A stretch of 55,451 bases of DNA, filler included, from Jimgerdemannia flammicorona (lineage: Eukaryota): NCBI GenBank assembly GCA_003990765.1. It is 3 parts of 3 records of this genome, joined end to end, with 100 filler letters (N's around TTAATTAATTAA, not from the genome) between each part and the next. Parts side by side here need not be neighbours in the genome. Positions count along the whole stretch, not along the records: positions 37,039 to 55,451 come from RBNJ01002217.1; 2 more parts are not named here. One strand, 5' to 3'. Each line of letters begins with the position of its first letter. Position 1 is the stretch's first letter. Positions 49,203 through 55,451 of the stretch are shown in pieces. A model generated the notes under the pieces. That model worked only from the letters and a program-made list of their open reading frames with translations, did not search any database and was not told the DNA's origin. Position numbers and translations under genes: made by a program.

Positions 49203-52200
49203 ATGAATCCACCCACGTTTGTGACTCCGCCAAGCCAGCAAGATCATGCCACAGAACTGCTGCATCCCGATACACGAATCGTTGCAGCTATCGACTTTGG
49301 CACAACGCATTCCGGCTTTGCCATGGTTAGCTTTCCACCGCCATATCTTCAACGCCTTTATGTCACGGTTTTGACTAACTTTTAGTTTGCTACATATTGC
49401 GTGCTTTGTATTTAGGCTCGCGTCAACTGGCCAGCCGAGGGTGTACAAATCTACGACAGGTGGCTCCACCAAGCTGGAAAATATCCCAAAAATCTCACCT
49501 GCATCCGCTATGATTCGAACGGTGACTGTATAAGCTGGGGCTACGAAGGTATATAGTCTTTGAGTGAAACCATACATTTTGATTTCTTTCTTGCGGCAGC
49601 CTGAGCTAATTCTCAATGAATCTGCATTCAAAGCTCGATATGGAAGTACTTCTCGAACTGGAGAGCGTTACGAAAGATTCAAGCTCCATCTTGCACGCAA
49701 CAACACATCAAATTTGCAGCTTCTGCCTGAACACCGAACTGCCGTTGAGATAATATCTGACTATCTTCGATCACTGCACAAGTTCTTTCTGGAGAATTAT
49801 CTGCAAAAAGTATATGGCAACATATATGAAAACAAAGACATCTTGTGGATATTGACAGTCCCCGCGATGTGGGAGGAAAGTGCCAAACAGCGTATGACCG
49901 ATGCTGCTGTTCAAGCAGGAATTGTAAGATTTTTAACTTACATCACTGATTTCTTATATGTCATGGCAAATGTTTGATTACATCAATGATGCGTTTTTTT
50001 TTAAAAAAAAAAAATTCATAGGTGTCTGCCCGAGAGGCCAAAGACAGGTCAAGGTTCAAAATCGTACTCGAGCCAGAGGCAGCTGCCATGACATGCTGCG
50101 AGCATTCCATCGAAAACAACTTGAAAGTCAATGACAATTTCATTGTCGTTGACGCAGGTGGAGGAACTGTTGATCTTGTATGTAGTAGGATTGTGGTAAT
50201 GGTTGATGAGTGTAGGTTTAATGGCTAATCGCTTCCATCCGTCCATCAGACCACATACCATATTACCAGAGATGCCTCGACTGGGCGTGAATCCCTTAGA
50301 GAGCTCTGCGACGGTATTGGCGGTTGCTGCGGGTCCACATATGTAGACGAGAATTTCTTTAAATTTTTGGAAACAAAATGCGGAGCCACAGTTGTTTCGC
50401 AATTTCGCGAGAAAAAACCTGGTGCCTGGTGCCAAAGCATTGTTCAGCCATGGGAGAATATAAAGGTGAGTAGAAAATCCATTCACAATGTACTAACACT
50501 AGTAACATTCGGCTTTTGGCTCACTCACTCAAATTGACATCTTTTTGAATAGAAACGGTTTAGCGATCTCACTTCAACAGATCAAGATATTGAAGCTCCT
50601 TCATCTCTAACCTATCTTATGACTACAGCTGAGAGAAGACGATTTGAACACCAGTCTGACGGAGCCATCAGGATCACTGTAAAAGACATGCTTGCGATAT
50701 TTGACCCTGTTGTTAACCAAGTGATTGACCTCATTGAGCAACAAATTGACCGTTGCGATATCAACCTCTCGGGAAGCAAAATTGATAAAATCGTCTTGGT
50801 CGGCGGTTTCGGAAACAGTGACTACTTGCACGCAACCATCGTGAATCGTTTTCCCAACATCCAAGTTACTCGGCCCAGAGAACCTGGAATGGCTGTCATG
50901 GCTGGTGCAGTCTTGTTAGGCTTAAATTCCAGGTTAGTATACCTTCAAGGATTGAAATACTCGCGCATCATTCGTTCCATCTTACCTTTTTTCTCCTTTT
51001 CTTTTATGCATAGTTATATTTCCGCCCGTTGCTCACGATATACATATGGCCTTAAAGTCTCCGGTCCATGGACACCAGAAAATCAGGCTAGTGACGGGGA
51101 AAAATATTGGAATGAAGTGAGTTTTGGATGGTGCTCTTTGATTATGTTACATAAAGTTGTCACTATGTTTGCTTATTGCTATGCTTTCAATATTTTTAGT
51201 GTGAAGGAATGGTCTATGCCAATAATCTGTTCCATACTATGGTTTCGAGGGGTCAGCAGTGTGAAGTTGGCGACGATGTGAGTGAAAGGTGACTATCACA
51301 AGTTATGTTTGTTTGCTTCACGATTACCCTTCAAGGCAGATCTAATTGGGCAACTCTTTCCAAAAAGATTCATTCCAACCGGGACGAACCAGACACATTC
51401 CTTTTTCGAATTTTTCCACACCGATCTGCCATCGGCGAAATACATTAGTTCAGCGACGAGAGCTGTAAATGCCCTAGTGCCTATCTTGGCTACCAATCAA
51501 GATGGAGCCTCACAAGCAGTGCACCGACGTATCCGAGTCAACATTGTTCAAGATTTGAGCGGAAGTATGAGTGGTGAGCCGATCAATGCTTGCAAGGCTG
51601 GAATCAAGAGTTTATGCAATGTGCTTAGGCCACAGGATGCCGTGGGTTTGATCGAGTTTGGGAGTTCGGTGACAGTACTCAGGTTCGTTATATTGCTGCT
51701 CAAGCCTTGTGTGGATGTTGTGGTTATCCGAACTGACTGAACTGCTCCCCAAACAGCAACATTTTCCGCAGTCCGATTTCAAGCGCTGAGCTCCCAGACC
51801 TTGTTGACGCGATGCAAACCTGCGGTTCAACAGTTCTGTATGACGCAATTCACAAGGGCATGACCACCTTGAAAGCAGCTGCGGAGCATGACAACGATCA
51901 CCACACGAAAAATGTTTTGATTGTGTACACGGATGGTAGAGAGAACATGTCGAGAACTTCGTTTTCTGTTCTCTCCACTTTTCTTCAAAGCCACCAGATT
52001 CCGAACTTTCGCTTATACTTCGCCAATGTGAATGGCATCCTCAACAACCCCCAGCTCATCAATCTTTGCAACACTAATCCCTGCAAGGAGTTCTGCAAAA
52101 TCATACCGGTGGAAGATTCCGGGGAATCTATCATGTCAGCATTCTCCAAGATTCGTCGGGACATACAGCTCTTCAGGACACAGAACCAGGATCTTTTGAG

Positions 52201-52312
52201 CAAGCATGTGGATCTGAAGATGGTCTTTTGCGAGTCAAAGATCAGGGCGGAAATGTACTGCGAATCGGCCGGCGAGACGCAAGATTGTGATCTCGAATTT
52301 TTCACCTTGTAA
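49203..52312 (+). CDS. HSPA12-like atypical Hsp70 with an inserted VWA domain (~10 exons)
   Basis: [72 protein letters not shown] and [28 protein letters not shown] and YTDG. Exon phases are consistent by hand; one acceptor near 51335 is uncertain. Confidence 0.88.
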
Positions 52313-52695
52313 TCTTTGCATCAAACTCGTCAGTTTTTTTTTTTTTTTTTGCTCTGTGACAGCACAACCTGCACATTGTCAACGAGTTCTCAGATGAATA
52401 AACAAGAATTTTTTTTTTTTTGATAAATACTATCTCCTATCGTAGTGCATTTGCCCGCACTTTCCGATCAACATCAACCATAAGCCAGCCAAACCCCCTC
52501 GTCTAATCGTGGCATTTCTTTATCACGTAAAGACCCCTCTGATTTTCGTTTTCGTAGGGAAACGACACCGAATTAGAAAATCTCACCAGCATTTCAGACC
52601 GATCCAACGCGAGACGAAGAGGGACAGCATAACAGGCAAGCGTGCAACGCCAAGGGATGCAATATTGTGATTTCCTCTCCATTATGCACTTCGTT

Positions 52696-53630
52696 TCAAG
52701 ATCCTTTTAAGGTTCGCCGTAAGTCCCATGCCATCTCTCCAGCGATTTGCTTCTCACGGACGTAGTCAATGAGGTCTTGGCACACAGGACAGGCGAGATT
52801 GTAGCCGTTCTTGTGGAAAAACGAGGGAAGGCGTGTTCTGCGGTTAGTTCTTTTTTTTTCGGATTTTTTTTTTTTTTTTTTTTTTTTTGGTATATACCTC
52901 ATACCAAAACGTGGCCATCTGGGATTGACGGTGCAGACACACCTCTTTGCCTTCTTTTCGTTCTCCTCAAAAGTCTTTTACATGTTGCTGCCACACTTCT
53001 GAAAAGCATTCTTGATCTTTTCAGATTAGATAATTTTATTTATTTAGCTCGTTGTATATATATGAGCAAGCCTGTACAAAATCCAAGAGAAGCATGATAA
53101 AGGAAGGATGCAGGGTTGAGCATCATACTTGCATCTACTCATCGCCCTACAAGAAAGCGAAAAGCGACTTACAAATTTGTTACCTTAAAACTAACACACT
53201 ATTTGCAACCAACCGTTTGAAACCAAACCGGGGAAAATATTTACTTTAGCGGCTTGCTGCCTTGCGGAATCCTTGGCTGAGTGAGGATGTTCATTTCTTC
53301 CTTGAGGGTCAGTTGTCTGATCCGAATATCCATGCTTAATTAATTTATTATACATATTTGAGGACCTTTGCGAAGATGGTTGCGACCTCGTCTCCGATAC
53401 TGTTGTCGTGCAGAGCTAATGAGATGAGAATTTTGTTGGGGTTGAGGACCTTTGCCAAGGCGTTTGCGCCCTCATCTCCGGTGTTATTATTGTGCCGATC
53501 TAATGAGGTAAGGGTTTTGTTGGTTTACGACGGCGTTTGCGCCCTCATCTCCGATATTATTGTAGTGCATATCTCATCGATACTATTGCTGCCCAGATCT
53601 AATAGACGAGAATTTTGTTGTACGGTTTGA
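52696..53630 (-). pseudogene. RNI/NLRC3-like leucine-rich-repeat gene fragment
   Basis: LDLGSNSI, NKTLTSLD.HNNNTGDEGANALAKVL and NKILISLALHDNSIGDE (53358-53630), with broken frames. Possible further exon relics to 52696. Confidence 0.65.
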
Positions 53631-53858
53631 GATTTGATGTCTATCATTTATTTAGACAAAGTACTAGGGCATTTATATGAGTTGAATAATGATGTCACTA
53701 ATGATTGTCATATCATAAAAATTTACATATTAAATTCCGCAATGTTGCTGCTAGTTGTATGATCAAAGCAAACGAACATTGTGCAGGTTGAGAATTTTGA
53801 GGAGATGGCGAGGAAGAGTGCGTGTGATCATCGAAACAAGGTCCGCCCACCAAACCCA

Positions 53859-55451
53859 CTAGAATTCCATGGAGACGGCCGATTCATCTACGTTGGCGTG
53901 AAGAAATTTATGTAATTTATGTTAATTTTTGTCATAGACACAAGGGCTAGCAAACACCTTCAGAGGGTGCAAACAAAAGAAGACACACTTTTCTTGTTCT
54001 GCAGCGACTCTTTCATCAGGCCGTTGACAAAGTCGTCAAAGATCTTCATGTATGGCTTCAACGATGTCTTCTCGTAGTCTACAAGTATTCGAACGCGACC
54101 AGATTGCATTTATATAACGTCAAATTCGGCAGAGAACTGTCAAATTATGAGACGGAGAAAACTGTGAAAACCTACCAGCAATCCGCTTCTCCCCGCCGTT
54201 GTACTCATTTATCTCCTTGTTCAGCTGAGCCAGCGTGGGAACCTTGAAAGGATCAAAGTCGTTGCATCGTGCGGGATCGATGGGGACACATACTCGGTCT
54301 GAGGGCGTACAGATGCAACCGGGTGAGAAAATTATATTGCAGGGGATGAACCCTTTCCATCCCGCCATCTCACCAACTTTACAGTCTTGCATTGTCGTAA
54401 AAGTAGTCGACCCCTCAAACAAGAAAATCAAGAAACGATGACAACAAAGGAGCGGGGAACCTCACTTGTTTTCGGATGCACACAAAAGGGGCTTTTCAGC
54501 AAATGGTTTATCTGCATGGTCACCTTCTCATCAAGTCTCGGGTAGCAGTACTGAAACATGATCTCTCGCACCAACACCTCGCCCTACGATTTTACACGCA
54601 CCAGTTATGATGAACAATAAATCATTGGCATTGTGAGTCTTGAGACGATCGAGCCGACGTCTTTAACAGTCGTAATAACCAACCTTGCCGTCGCCGATCT
54701 CGTTCTTGAGATCTTCCCATTTCAACATGGCAGTATTAGTACGAGAAGATTTTTGCCACTTGCTGTCCAAAGTCTCCCGGATAGCTGATCGGGCGTGAGG
54801 GTGGGTAAATGCTACCTTTAGAACAACTGCAAAAGAGTGGTGGTAGGCGATGGCAACAATTATTCAAAACCCAGGCTGTAACCAAGTACCAGGGTCCGGC
54901 ACAATCTGTAGAACCTTGTTCCAGTTCTCCGGTTCATCCAACACCCTTTGATTATTTAGCACAAGGCCCTCGAAATGTTCTTTCAGAATACCCAACGATC
55001 GTCTAAGCGAATCATTTGAGACGGAATTGCAATGAGCAGGCATAATTTATAAAAATACAAAATTTCCACAGTATGGATCGAAATGGAAGCACTTACTTAA
55101 GAGACGGGTGAAGAATCGTGGGTAGTTTGACTTTTTTTGCTTGTTGTGCGCCGCCCTATACACGCAATTTGGGTCACTTCACGGTGAGGTACACGATAAA
55201 TAGATATCCCAACGACATATCGGAGTTGCACAACGGAGTTCGCAACAAACCTTGATCACCTCTAGGTACTGCACTATCGACTTTCTTGAATCGTTCGTCA
55301 GCTTCCGCGCGCGTTCATCGCATACCCAACAATGCACCCCACGACGGCCTGAGTAAACCCAGAGGAGATGGGAAAAGCCAAAATCCTCTGCCGGTTATTG
55401 GGCGAGAGTGACGCATGTAGTCGTAGGTAACGAGTTAGTTACAATCAAAAA
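53859..55451 (-). CDS. PRI1: DNA primase small (catalytic) subunit, 3' part; 5' end outside the window
   Basis: [61 protein letters not shown] and final exon SMEF*. Multiple GT..AG introns. Confidence 0.95.

Overview
Eukaryotic, intron-rich fungal DNA, probably from an early-diverging (Mucoromycota-like) genome; the taxon is inferred from gene and TE content only. Two 100-bp N/TTAATTAATTAA spacers (18421-18520, 36939-37038) split the window into three pieces. Host genes: a type-B carboxylesterase, an NAD-dependent beta-hydroxyacid dehydrogenase, an orphan 385-aa gene head-to-head with an HSPA12-like Hsp70 carrying an inserted VWA domain, and the 3' part of DNA primase small subunit. There are also GH28 polygalacturonase, F-box, LRR and ankyrin pseudogene fragments. 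About 31 kb (3.6-34.3 kb) is a nested, strongly C>T/G>A-mutated TE island containing an L1/Tx1-like LINE holding a dUTPase-bearing chromovirus, a PIF/Harbinger, a Tc1, a long-TIR DDE element and a foldback repeat. A second dUTPase-bearing Ty3/Gypsy lies at 38.4-45.1 kb. The top observations are (1) a 565-bp solo LTR with a 5-bp TSD containing a complete type III hammerhead ribozyme (retrozyme-like), (2) the Hsp70::VWA gene and its divergent, possibly GrpE-like partner, and (3) a related accessory ORF at the env position of two different LTR elements. All alignments and translations were done by eye.
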